From assembly GCA_038236695.1 (NCBI GenBank), contig JBBRZM010000004.1, positions 24,716 to 88,715 on the forward strand: a stretch of DNA of 64,000 nt, given 5' to 3'. Position 1 is the stretch's first letter; each line of letters opens with the position of its first letter. The position numbers were made by a program, and so were the translations under genes. The DNA is from Acidimicrobiia bacterium. GTDB lineage: Bacteria; Actinomycetota; Acidimicrobiia; IMCC26256; JBBRZM01. This document shows, piece after piece, positions 39,810-47,126 of the stretch. Under the pieces are notes generated by a model. That model saw only the letters and a list, made by a program, of their open reading frames with translations. It was not told the DNA's origin and ran no database searches.

Positions 39810-40760
39810 GTGACCGCCGAAGGCAGGAGCGCCATGATCGTCAGTACACCCGCCGACGAAAACCGCCACCGGGCGTCGGGCGAGACCTGGTTCAACGAGT
39901 CGTGGTACTTCGATTTCTCCCGGGCGGACGGCACCGGCGGCTACGTGCGGCTCGGCTTGTACCCCAACCAGCGGGTGGCGTGGTTCTGGGCCTACCTCGT
40001 GACGCCCGACGAGGGATTCATCGTCGTACGCGACCACGAGGTGCCGCTCCCCAAGGGCGATGCACTCGAAGTGCGGGCCGACTCGCTGTGGGCCGAGCTC
40101 GTGTGCGAGACGCCGATGGAGCACTGGGGCCTCGGGATGGAAGCGTTTGGTGTCCGCCTCGAAGAGCCGGCCGACGCGTACCGCGGCGAGATCGGCGAGC
40201 GGCTCCCGGTCGGACTCGACCTCGAATGGGAAGCCGTCACGCCCGTCTACGACTATCCCTATCCCGACGGTCATCTCGGCGCGCACTACGAGCACGCCGG
40301 GATCGTGCACGGAGAGCTCCTGATCGGCTCCGACCGCATCCCGTTCGAAGGGCGGGGCGAGCGCGACCATTCGTGGGGCGAGCGCGACTGGTGGCAATAC
40401 GGCTGGCACTGGACGGCGTTCCAAGTCGGTCAGGCGCTCGCGGTCAACTTCGTGCAACCCGACGGCGTCGATCTCGCGTTGGGCGCGGTGTGGCGCGTCG
40501 GCGACGAGGTCGAGCCAGTGACCGCCGCGCGCGTCGAGACGCACTTCGGGGCCCACGGCATTCCGACCGCGGCCCGTTACGTGATCAACCACGAGCTCGA
40601 AGTCGATGTCGAAGTGATCGCCGCCGCGCCGGTGCCGTTGACGGCACCCGACGGCCGAACCGGCGCGTTCCCGCGTGCGCTGTGCCGGTACACCACCGTG
40701 GAAGGCACCGGCACCGGCTGGGGTGAGTGGCTGCAGGTGGGTGAGCAGGCCGGAAAGTAA
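39810..40760 (+). CDS. conserved hypothetical protein (possibly CrtC/AttH-like beta-barrel)
   Basis: ETWFNESWYFDF and GERDHSWGERDW motifs. The assignment is tentative and the start is uncertain (ATG 39834 is an alternative). Confidence 0.5.
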   Translation: MTAEGRSAMIVSTPADENRHRASGETWFNESWYFDFSRADGTGGYVRLGLYPNQRVAWFWAYLVTPDEGFIVVRDHEVPLPKGDALEVRADSLWAELVCETPMEHWGLGMEAFGVRLEEPADAYRGEIGERLPVGLDLEWEAVTPVYDYPYPDGHLGAHYEHAGIVHGELLIGSDRIPFEGRGERDHSWGERDWWQYGWHWTAFQVGQALAVNFVQPDGVDLALGAVWRVGDEVEPVTAARVETHFGAHGIPTAARYVINHELEVDVEVIAAAPVPLTAPDGRTGAFPRALCRYTTVEGTGTGWGEWLQVGEQAGK

Positions 40761-40800
40761 TCAATGCGGCGCAGGCCGGGCCGGCTGCAAAGATGGCGTG

Positions 40801-41274
40801 ATGTTCAGCGGTCGAATCGTCGGTATCTATACCGCACCGGCGGCGGGCACGCCCATGGTCGGTCACGACGAGGTGCGCGCCATCGCCGGCGTCGGACTCG
40901 ACGGCGATCGCTACGCCGCGGGTACCGGAAAATACTCCGATCGCGGTGACCGTCGGGATGTCACGCTCATCGAACGTGAAGCGATCGCGGGCGCGGGCAT
41001 CGAATACGAACTCGAGTTGGCCGAGCACGAGACGCGTCGCAACCTGATCACCGAAGGTGTGCCGCTCAACCACCTCGTCGGCAACACGTTCCGTGTCGGC
41101 GACGTGGTGTTACGCGGGATCCGGCTCGCGGAGCCGTGCTCATACCTCGCCGGCCTGGTCGAGCGCCCCGGCATCTCGCGCGCACTGCTGCATCGTGGAG
41201 GCTTGCGAGCGGAAGTGGTGAACGACGGTGTGATCAACGTGGGTGACACCGTGGAACCAACGCCGAGGGTCTAG
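40801..41274 (+). CDS. MOSC domain protein
   Basis: MFSGRIVGIYTAPAAGTPMV...GVGLDGDRY...NLITEGVPLN...RLAEPCSYL. The stop TAG lies inside the CTAG at 41271-41274. Confidence 0.75.
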   Translation: MFSGRIVGIYTAPAAGTPMVGHDEVRAIAGVGLDGDRYAAGTGKYSDRGDRRDVTLIEREAIAGAGIEYELELAEHETRRNLITEGVPLNHLVGNTFRVGDVVLRGIRLAEPCSYLAGLVERPGISRALLHRGGLRAEVVNDGVINVGDTVEPTPRV

Positions 41275-41311
41275 ACCTGCGGGTTCACGGGTTGAGGTGA
41301 CAGATGGACCG
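41275..41311 (+). repeat. left terminal repeat (IR-1), includes a 32-mer identical to 43802-43833
   Basis: CGGGTTCACGGGTTGAGGTGACAGATGGACCG at 41280-41311. CTAG lies 16 nt upstream of the GTTGAGG core. Confidence 0.85.
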
Positions 41312-41451
41312 AAGCGCCGCGCGGCCCGCGTATCGCGCCGCGGCGAGACGTACACGTCAATGATCTGCCCGAACTGGTCGATGGCGCGGTACACGTAGCG
41401 CCACCGTCCGGCGACCTTCACGTAGGTTTCGTCCACGAACCAACGATCGGC
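41311..41451 (-). pseudogene. IS6-family transposase fragment (DDE region only)
   Basis: ADRWFVDETYVKVAGRWRYVYRAIDQFGQIIDVYVSPRRDTRAARRF matches the IS6/IS26-type DETYVKV...YLYRA.D motif. It is cut off at the IR-1 junction, with no N- or C-terminal parts. Confidence 0.7.
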
Positions 41452-42619
41452 AACCCCGGAGCGAGCCGATGAGACGCCGGATACCGCGACGGCGACCCGG
41501 GCGGGCGACCCGACCCGGCCGGCTCGGCGCGGTCCGCCGCCGCGACGGCGTGGAAGCCCCGCTCCGGCTCGACGGCGCCCGCGGGAGGCTCGATTGCGGC
41601 ACCGACCGTCGTCGGGCCGGCGGCCGGCGACGCCGACGCCGACGCAGCCACCAGTACATGGCCAGCGCGATGGGCACGCACACGGCCACGATTACCCACG
41701 GGCTGATGACGAGCATCCGCTTCGTGAGCACGATCTCCTTGGTCGCGCTCTCGGTCTTGCCGGGATAAACGATGTGGACTCGCAACGTGACGAATCCGAC
41801 CGGCCACGCCGGCTCGCCGACGACCTCGAAGGAGCGGGCTCGGCCAACGGGCAGCAGCGACTTCTCGATGCGCTGCTGCGTCGGTATCTTGCCACCGGGC
41901 CACGCGGTCGTGTCGTTCTCGCCCCAGAACCGCACCTGGGCGTGGCCGATGTTGCGGACCCGCAGCGTGCCGTCGATTTCGTTCCCGACCACGACGCTCG
42001 AGAGGTGGACGGGGCCAAGGCCGAAGCGCGGGACGCGAAGGCGGGCCGAGATCTTCCGCACGCGCGGCCCGGGGACGTCGATGGTGAAGAAGCCGCCGAT
42101 CTGGTTGATGAGAGTAACGCTGCCGCTGCCCGACTTCACCGGGCTGACCACGAACCCGATGAAGTAGAGGTCGGGGTCGATCCGGTCCGGCATCCTGACC
42201 GTGACAAAGACATCGTCGAAGCCCTGGGCCGGGACGGTCAGGTCGCCGGCCGGGAAGTCGACCCGCCCCTGCCACTTCGGGTCGGGCTTGGAGGTGACGT
42301 TGACCCGCCCGTCGTCACCGAAGTTGAGCCCGCGACCGATCATGGTGACGGTGACGGGTGCGTCGCCGGGATTGACGACCCGCACATGCACCTTCGACGT
42401 CTCTCCCGGGGCGATCGACACCGGCTCGGGCGGGACCGAGACCGCGAGCGGGCGGGGAGTCTTCGTGCCACTCGTCACGGGCGTAGGCGACGAAGCCGCG
42501 AGAGCGGACAGCGGCGTGCCCAGCAGCGCGCCGACGACTGTGAACGTGACGGCGAGAGCGGCCGCTCCCGAGACGAGCCGCGGCCGCCGCGAGCTTCTCC
42601 GCCTCCCCACCGCCCGCAC
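41357..42619 (-). CDS. membrane-anchored two-domain surface protein (DUF916/DUF3324-like architecture), 3' end probably non-native
   Basis: GTG 42619 lies 2 nt after the upstream stop. N-terminal signal/anchor, beta-rich domains (VSIAPGETSKVHVRVVNPGDAPVTVTM; LRVRNIGHAQVRFWG), and the TM helix ISPWVIVAVCVPIALAMYWWL followed by RRRRRRR. A ~100-aa Arg/Pro/Ser tail then runs into the IS6 fragment. Confidence 0.6.
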   Translation of the reverse strand: MRAVGRRRSSRRPRLVSGAAALAVTFTVVGALLGTPLSALAASSPTPVTSGTKTPRPLAVSVPPEPVSIAPGETSKVHVRVVNPGDAPVTVTMIGRGLNFGDDGRVNVTSKPDPKWQGRVDFPAGDLTVPAQGFDDVFVTVRMPDRIDPDLYFIGFVVSPVKSGSGSVTLINQIGGFFTIDVPGPRVRKISARLRVPRFGLGPVHLSSVVVGNEIDGTLRVRNIGHAQVRFWGENDTTAWPGGKIPTQQRIEKSLLPVGRARSFEVVGEPAWPVGFVTLRVHIVYPGKTESATKEIVLTKRMLVISPWVIVAVCVPIALAMYWWLRRRRRRRPPARRRSVPQSSLPRAPSSRSGASTPSRRRTAPSRPGRVARPGRRRGIRRLIGSLRGCRSLVRGRNLREGRRTVALRVPRHRPVRADH

Positions 42620-42621
42620 AG

Positions 42622-43638
42622 TCAGGTGTAGTTGGGGGTCGCGGTGTAGGTGACGGTGTCGGTAAACACCGCCGCCGGCACCGAGTAGTCGATCGCCACG
42701 CGGTTTGAGACCGTGATCGTGTCGGGAGTACCGCCGGTCGCGTTGGCCCGGCTGGCGACCTGCTCACCGACGCCGCTCACGTAGCCCGCGTACTTCGAGC
42801 CCGAGAACGCCGCGTCGGCCGTCGCGCCGGTCGCCGTGACCGCGTAGCCAAACTTGGGCGCGCCCGGCCATGTCACCGAGGCGGCCTTGTTGGCGGACAC
42901 ATCGGCGATGGTCGGCGTACCCGACGCCGTGCTCTGAAGGCCGGTGGCGAGGTCGTTCACCACCAGCGTGTAGCCCGAGTTGGCGTTGGTCGCCACGGTG
43001 AGGCCCACAGCCTGGCTCTGGTCCGCGAGTGCGGGCAGGCTCGGGTCCATGTCGAGCTCGAACGAGGTCGTGTCGATCGTGAAAGTCAAGCTCTTGGCGA
43101 TCGTCACGGTGATCGCGGTGTTGGTGGCCGCCATGACGACCGCGTTCGAGTTCGTCGGGCCGTCGATCACCGCCGCCGCCGCCGTCTTGGTCGTGATCGC
43201 GGTTGTGTAGCTGGCGGCAGCCGGGTTGGTGAGCCCCGAGAACTCGAGGTAGATCGGGATACCGATCGGGATGCTGACCGGGGCCGTCACGGTGTACGTG
43301 ATGGTGTTCCCGGCTCGAGCCACCGTCCCAGAGCCGATCCCGTAGTTCCTCACGATGACGGGCGTGCCGCCGAGCGTGCCGGCGGAGACAGTCATGGTGA
43401 TGAGACCGATTATGCCAGCCGTCGCGGTCTTGAACGAGTAGCTGTAGCTGACAGGGGTCGCGTTGGCCTGGTTGTTCGACACCGACCAGTTGACGGTGGT
43501 CAGCGCGGCCGCGTGGGCCGAGGGAGCGCTCAAGACAAGCCAGGACGACACGAGCGCGACCAGTACGAGCAGCGTGAGCCGCCGCCGACCGACCGGGCGT
43601 ACCGGACTGACCTGAGTGGCGTGAGTGGCGTGATTCAT
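42622..43638 (-). CDS. secreted Thr/Ala/Val-rich beta-type surface protein (WxL/SCPU-like, unassigned)
   Basis: ATG 43638 preceded by a GGAAGCGGAG Shine-Dalgarno. Signal peptide ...LVLSAPSAHA|AAL. No Cys. C-terminus FTDTVTYTATPNYT. Confidence 0.65.
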   Translation of the reverse strand: MNHATHATQVSPVRPVGRRRLTLLVLVALVSSWLVLSAPSAHAAALTTVNWSVSNNQANATPVSYSYSFKTATAGIIGLITMTVSAGTLGGTPVIVRNYGIGSGTVARAGNTITYTVTAPVSIPIGIPIYLEFSGLTNPAAASYTTAITTKTAAAAVIDGPTNSNAVVMAATNTAITVTIAKSLTFTIDTTSFELDMDPSLPALADQSQAVGLTVATNANSGYTLVVNDLATGLQSTASGTPTIADVSANKAASVTWPGAPKFGYAVTATGATADAAFSGSKYAGYVSGVGEQVASRANATGGTPDTITVSNRVAIDYSVPAAVFTDTVTYTATPNYT

Positions 43639-43796
43639 CTCCGCTTCCCTTCCGCGGCTCTGTTCACCGCGCCTTATGGCACGGGGCTTCCCTTTACATG
43701 GCAGGGAGCCTTAACTCTTTATCGGCCGGCCCCCGGGTGGACTGAAGCCGATTTGCGAGAAATCAACCGTGTGGTCCAGGTCGGCCAGCCCTCTAG

Positions 43797-43833
43797 CGCT
43801 TCGGGTTCACGGGTTGAGGTGACAGATGGACCG
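43797..43833 (+). repeat. internal terminal repeat (IR-2), same orientation as IR-1
   Basis: 32-mer identical to 41280-41311, preceded by CTAG at 43793-43796 with the same 16-nt spacing to GTTGAGG. Confidence 0.85.
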
Positions 43834-43836
43834 TGG

Positions 43837-44271
43837 TCATGCTGCTCGCTTGGGCCGGTGGGTGTCGAGGACTTGGCGGGGGGTGCGGACACGCATGAAG
43901 TCGCGGTGATTCTTGCGGTGATTCTTGCGGTGATTCTTGCGGCGGGTGATGTAGGTGATGAGCTGGTGACGGTTGAGGAGCTTCTGCACGCCACTCGCCG
44001 AGATTTGGAAGCCGACGACCCAGGTCGGCGTCGCGTTCGGCATCGCCGGAAACCTGCGGCCCTTGGGTATCAACGCGTCGAGCCTGTAGGCCGAAACCCG
44101 GGACCGTCACCGGTAGAACGTCGTACGCGACACACCGAACACTCGGCATGCTTCCGATACGGTCGTCGCCCTGGCATGTTCCAAGACGCGGACACGCCGG
44201 TGGTAGATGATCTCTGTGGGCGTCACGGTGATGGACTCCTTTGGGTCTGTGGAAGGAACCACAGGGTCCAT
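43837..44271 (-). pseudogene. IS481-like transposase remnant (frameshifted and deleted)
   Basis: MDPVV...VTPTEIIYHRRVRVLEHARATTVSEACRVFGVSRTTFYR then a stop at 44107. It continues in another frame: PKGRRFPAMPNATP...GFQISASGVQKLLNRHQLI. Confidence 0.6.
43903..43942. repeat. 12-bp tandem repeat x3.3 (GCGGTGATTCTT) inside the transposase remnant
   Basis: Read directly from the sequence. Encodes (RKNH)x3 on the minus strand. Confidence 0.9.
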
Positions 44272-44295
44272 CACCGGGCCCCCGAACTCGGGGAC

Positions 44296-44324
44296 CTGCA
44301 ACCTCAACTCGTAAACAGCAAGTA
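44296..44324 (-). repeat. right terminal inverted repeat (IR-R)
   Basis: The reverse complement TACTTGCTGTTTACGAGTTGAGGTTGCAG aligns with IR-1 and IR-2. It abuts CTAG at 44325. Confidence 0.7.
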
Positions 44325-45593
44325 CTAGACCGCCGCGTCGAAGCGCGGCCGAAGCGGCAGGCCACTGCGACCGCCATCCGGCTTCACTGCCAGCACCTGA
44401 TGCACCTGATTGTCCCCGCCCTCGAAGTTGACCGCGGACGCGGCCATGTAGAGCCGCCAGACGCGAGCCCGCGCCGCGCCGACCTCGGCGACCGCCTCGG
44501 ACCACTGCGACTCGAGATTGCGTACCCATGCCCGCAAGGTAAGTGCGTAGTGCTCGCGGAGGCTCTCGAGATGACGGGCCTCGAGGCCGGTGCGCTGGAT
44601 CGCCGTCACCACGGACCCGACTTCGTGGAGCTCGCCGTCGGGGAAGACGTAACTGTCGATGAACCCACGGCGGGCGAAGCGTGCCCTGCCCCTACGGTTG
44701 CCGTTCCACGGACGCGAGATGGCGTGATTGAGGAGCCGTCCGCCGGGTGCAAGTAACGCGTGGCACCGGTTGAAGTAGACCTCGAGTTGCTGGAGACCGA
44801 CGTGCTCGAACATGCCGATCGAGCTGATCGCATCGAACGGGCCGTCGCCAACGTCGCGGTAGTCCTGGAGCCGCACCTCGACCCGGTCGGAAAGGCCGAC
44901 TTCGGCGATGCGCTTCTCGGCCAGCTCGGCTTGGCGGCGCGACAGCGTGACCCCGACGGCTTCGACGCCGTGATGCTTGGCTGCGTGGAGCAGCATCCCG
45001 CCCCAGCCGCAGCCGATGTCGAGCAGGCGCATGCCCGGCTGTAGATCGAGCTTGCGGCTGATCAGCTCGTGCTTGTTGGCATGCGCGGCGGCGAGCGTGT
45101 CGGTGTCGTCGGTCCACACTGCGCAGGAGTAAGTGAGCGACGGACCGAGGACGATCCGGTAGAAGTCGTTGGACACGTCGTAGTGATGGGCGATCGCGGC
45201 GGCGTCTCGTTCTTTGCTGTGACGGCGACCGTGCAGCCGCGCCTCTTCCGGTGGTGCCGGAAGAGGCCGCAGACCACCGACACCGACGAGCTTGCACGCG
45301 GCCAACCACTGGTCTTTCGACAGCTTGAAGGAGGACAGCTGGTCACGCAGCCGGAGGGCGGCGAAGATGTCGCCTTCCACGTCGAGGTCGCCGGCAACGT
45401 ACGCGCGCCCGAAGCCGAGCTCTCCGGGGGAGGTGACGATGCGTCGCATCGCGTCGGGAGATCTGACGACGATCGCGACCGGCGCGTGTTCGGGGCCGCT
45501 GCGGCTGCCGTCGTAGGCACGGAACTCCACTGGGAGGTCAGGACCCAGAATCTCTTCGATTAATGACGCGATCGGTTGCCGGTTCAGCCGCAC
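44325..45593 (-). CDS. cfa: cyclopropane-fatty-acyl-phospholipid synthase family SAM methyltransferase
   Basis: LLDIGCGWGGMLLHAAKHHGVEAVGVTLS SAM motif and the typical CFA/mycolic-acid MT length. The stop CTA lies inside the CTAG at 44325. Confidence 0.85.
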   Translation of the reverse strand: MRLNRQPIASLIEEILGPDLPVEFRAYDGSRSGPEHAPVAIVVRSPDAMRRIVTSPGELGFGRAYVAGDLDVEGDIFAALRLRDQLSSFKLSKDQWLAACKLVGVGGLRPLPAPPEEARLHGRRHSKERDAAAIAHHYDVSNDFYRIVLGPSLTYSCAVWTDDTDTLAAAHANKHELISRKLDLQPGMRLLDIGCGWGGMLLHAAKHHGVEAVGVTLSRRQAELAEKRIAEVGLSDRVEVRLQDYRDVGDGPFDAISSIGMFEHVGLQQLEVYFNRCHALLAPGGRLLNHAISRPWNGNRRGRARFARRGFIDSYVFPDGELHEVGSVVTAIQRTGLEARHLESLREHYALTLRAWVRNLESQWSEAVAEVGAARARVWRLYMAASAVNFEGGDNQVHQVLAVKPDGGRSGLPLRPRFDAAV

Positions 45594-45645
45594 GACCGCG
45601 TCTCTACCCCATGCCAGAGCAGTTGACGCAGTGTGCGCACGAAGC

Positions 45646-47109
45646 TCAGAAGTCGACCGCGGAAAGCTCCGGAATCCAGTCCTCCGCGCGCGCGACCGCT
45701 GCCCTCCAACGGTCCCGGTCGAGGGTGCGCGCCGGTTCGACGCGCGACCGTGGCCGCCACGTGGCCGCGAGCTCGTCGTCGCCTGACCAGGTGCCGACGG
45801 CCAGGCCGGCGAGGAACGCAGCGCCCAGCGTCGTCGCCTCGACGACCGGTGAGACTTCGACCGGACGCTGCGCGGCGTCAGCGAGCGCGTGCACGAATGT
45901 GGGGTTCGCGCTCATGCCACCGTCGATCCGCAAGGTCGGCACCTGCAACTGGGCGTCGGCTTCGGCTGCTTCCAAGAGGTCGGCGCCGCGATGCGCAATG
46001 CCCTCGAGTACGGCCCGCACGAGCCGAGGACGGTCGGTGCCGCGGGTGAGCCCGAGCACGGTGCCGCGTGCGCCGAAGTCCCAGTAGGGCGTACCCAGGC
46101 CGAGCAGGGCGGGCACGTACCAAACGTCGCCGGTGTCATTGCACTGCGACGCGATCTCGTGCGAGTCGGCCGCACTCGTGATGATGCCGAGGTCGTCGCG
46201 CAGCCACTCGACGTTGGTGCCGGCCGACAACATGATCGCCTCGAGACCCCACAGGTCGACGCGCCCGGCGCGCCGCACGATGATCGGGAAGGTGCCGGCC
46301 GGCCCGCGTGTGTCGAAGGACGGGCGGGTGTCGCCGACGACGACGTCGAGCATGCCGCCGGTGCCGAACGTGATCTTCGCGTTGCCGGGCCGCACGCAGC
46401 CTTGACCGATCAGCGATGCCTGCTGGTCGCCCGCGAGCCCATCGATCGGCGGCGCGCCGGGCAGGGCGCTCGCGCCGCCGAGCTCGCCGGTGGAGTCGAC
46501 GATCCGGGGGAGCGCGTCGGGCGCGATACCCAACGCGTCGAGGACGTGCGGTGCCCACTCGGCGCGACCCGATTCGACCAACCCGCTGATCGCGGCGTTG
46601 GTGGCGTCGGTGACGTGCAGTGCGCCTTCGGAGAGGGTCCACGCGATCCAGCTGTCGACCGTGCCGACACACAAGTCGCGGGTCCGTTGCGGGTCGACGG
46701 CATCGAGGAGGTACTCGATCTTGGTCGCGGCCTGGTTGGGTGCCAAGCGGAGTCCGTCGGCACGCAGTTCGAGGCAGCGGCCGACTGTGCGCAGGTCTTG
46801 CCATCCGAGCCCGGGCCCGGTGGGCTCGCCCGTGGCGCGGTCCCACACGACCGCGGAGCCGCGCTGGTTCGCGATCCCGACCGCATCGACGGGTCCGCCG
46901 GCATCGAGCGCAGCGCGGGCGAGGTCGAGGGCCGCGCGAGCCATCACCGTCGCGTCGAACTCGACCAGGCCGGGCGCGGGCGACTCAGGCAGCACGGCGC
47001 GCGTGTGTTCCGCGGTGATGGTCGCGTCGGGCCGCACGACCGCGGCGCGCACGGACGATGTGCCGATGTCAACGACGAGGATCCCACCCGCTTCGCTCAT
47101 GTCCCCCAT
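45646..47109 (-). CDS. FGGY-family carbohydrate kinase, glycerol-kinase-like
   Basis: ILVVDIGTSSVRAAVV, GIANQRGSAVVWD, GGMSANPTFVHALADA. The start is ATG 47109 or 47100, inside the longer ORF. Confidence 0.8.
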   Translation of the reverse strand: MGDMSEAGGILVVDIGTSSVRAAVVRPDATITAEHTRAVLPESPAPGLVEFDATVMARAALDLARAALDAGGPVDAVGIANQRGSAVVWDRATGEPTGPGLGWQDLRTVGRCLELRADGLRLAPNQAATKIEYLLDAVDPQRTRDLCVGTVDSWIAWTLSEGALHVTDATNAAISGLVESGRAEWAPHVLDALGIAPDALPRIVDSTGELGGASALPGAPPIDGLAGDQQASLIGQGCVRPGNAKITFGTGGMLDVVVGDTRPSFDTRGPAGTFPIIVRRAGRVDLWGLEAIMLSAGTNVEWLRDDLGIITSAADSHEIASQCNDTGDVWYVPALLGLGTPYWDFGARGTVLGLTRGTDRPRLVRAVLEGIAHRGADLLEAAEADAQLQVPTLRIDGGMSANPTFVHALADAAQRPVEVSPVVEATTLGAAFLAGLAVGTWSGDDELAATWRPRSRVEPARTLDRDRWRAAVARAEDWIPELSAVDF

Positions 47110-47126
47110 TTCATCGGGCGCGGCGC

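Larger units (their letters stand above)
41278..44324. mobile_element. ~3.05 kb IS481-type-bounded insertion carrying cargo genes (composite or transporter-IS-like)
   Basis: Flanked by direct CTAGACC (41271-41277 and 44325-44331). Ends carry inverted repeats with the core GTT(C/T)ACG(G/A)GTTGAGGT. Transposase remnants lie inside. If only CTAG is the duplication, the boundary could be 41275. Confidence 0.65.
43797..44324 (-). mobile_element. internally deleted IS481-family-like element (~0.53 kb, MITE-like remnant)
   Basis: Bounded by IR-2 and the inverted IR-R. Contains only the N-terminal HTH part of a transposase, in two frames; the DDE domain is absent. Confidence 0.6.

Noticed and set aside
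43903-43942. Short tandem repeats (also at 19031-19057 and 63387-63411) considered as a CRISPR array
   Set aside because: The units are 9-12 bp and directly abutting, with no spacers. These are simple slippage repeats, not CRISPR.
44107-44529. 140-aa ORF treated as an intact gene
   Set aside because: Only its last ~55 aa (the HTH of a transposase) are meaningful. The upstream part runs antisense through the cfa 3' end, and the reading frame of the transposase is broken after FYR.
41000-45000. The switch in gene orientation (plus-strand genes before 41 kb, minus-strand after 44 kb) as a replication terminus or dif site
   Set aside because: No AT-rich 28-bp XerCD/dif-like sequence is visible. 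The convergence point is occupied by the IS-bounded insertion. Ribosomal and other housekeeping genes nearby also argue against a terminus.
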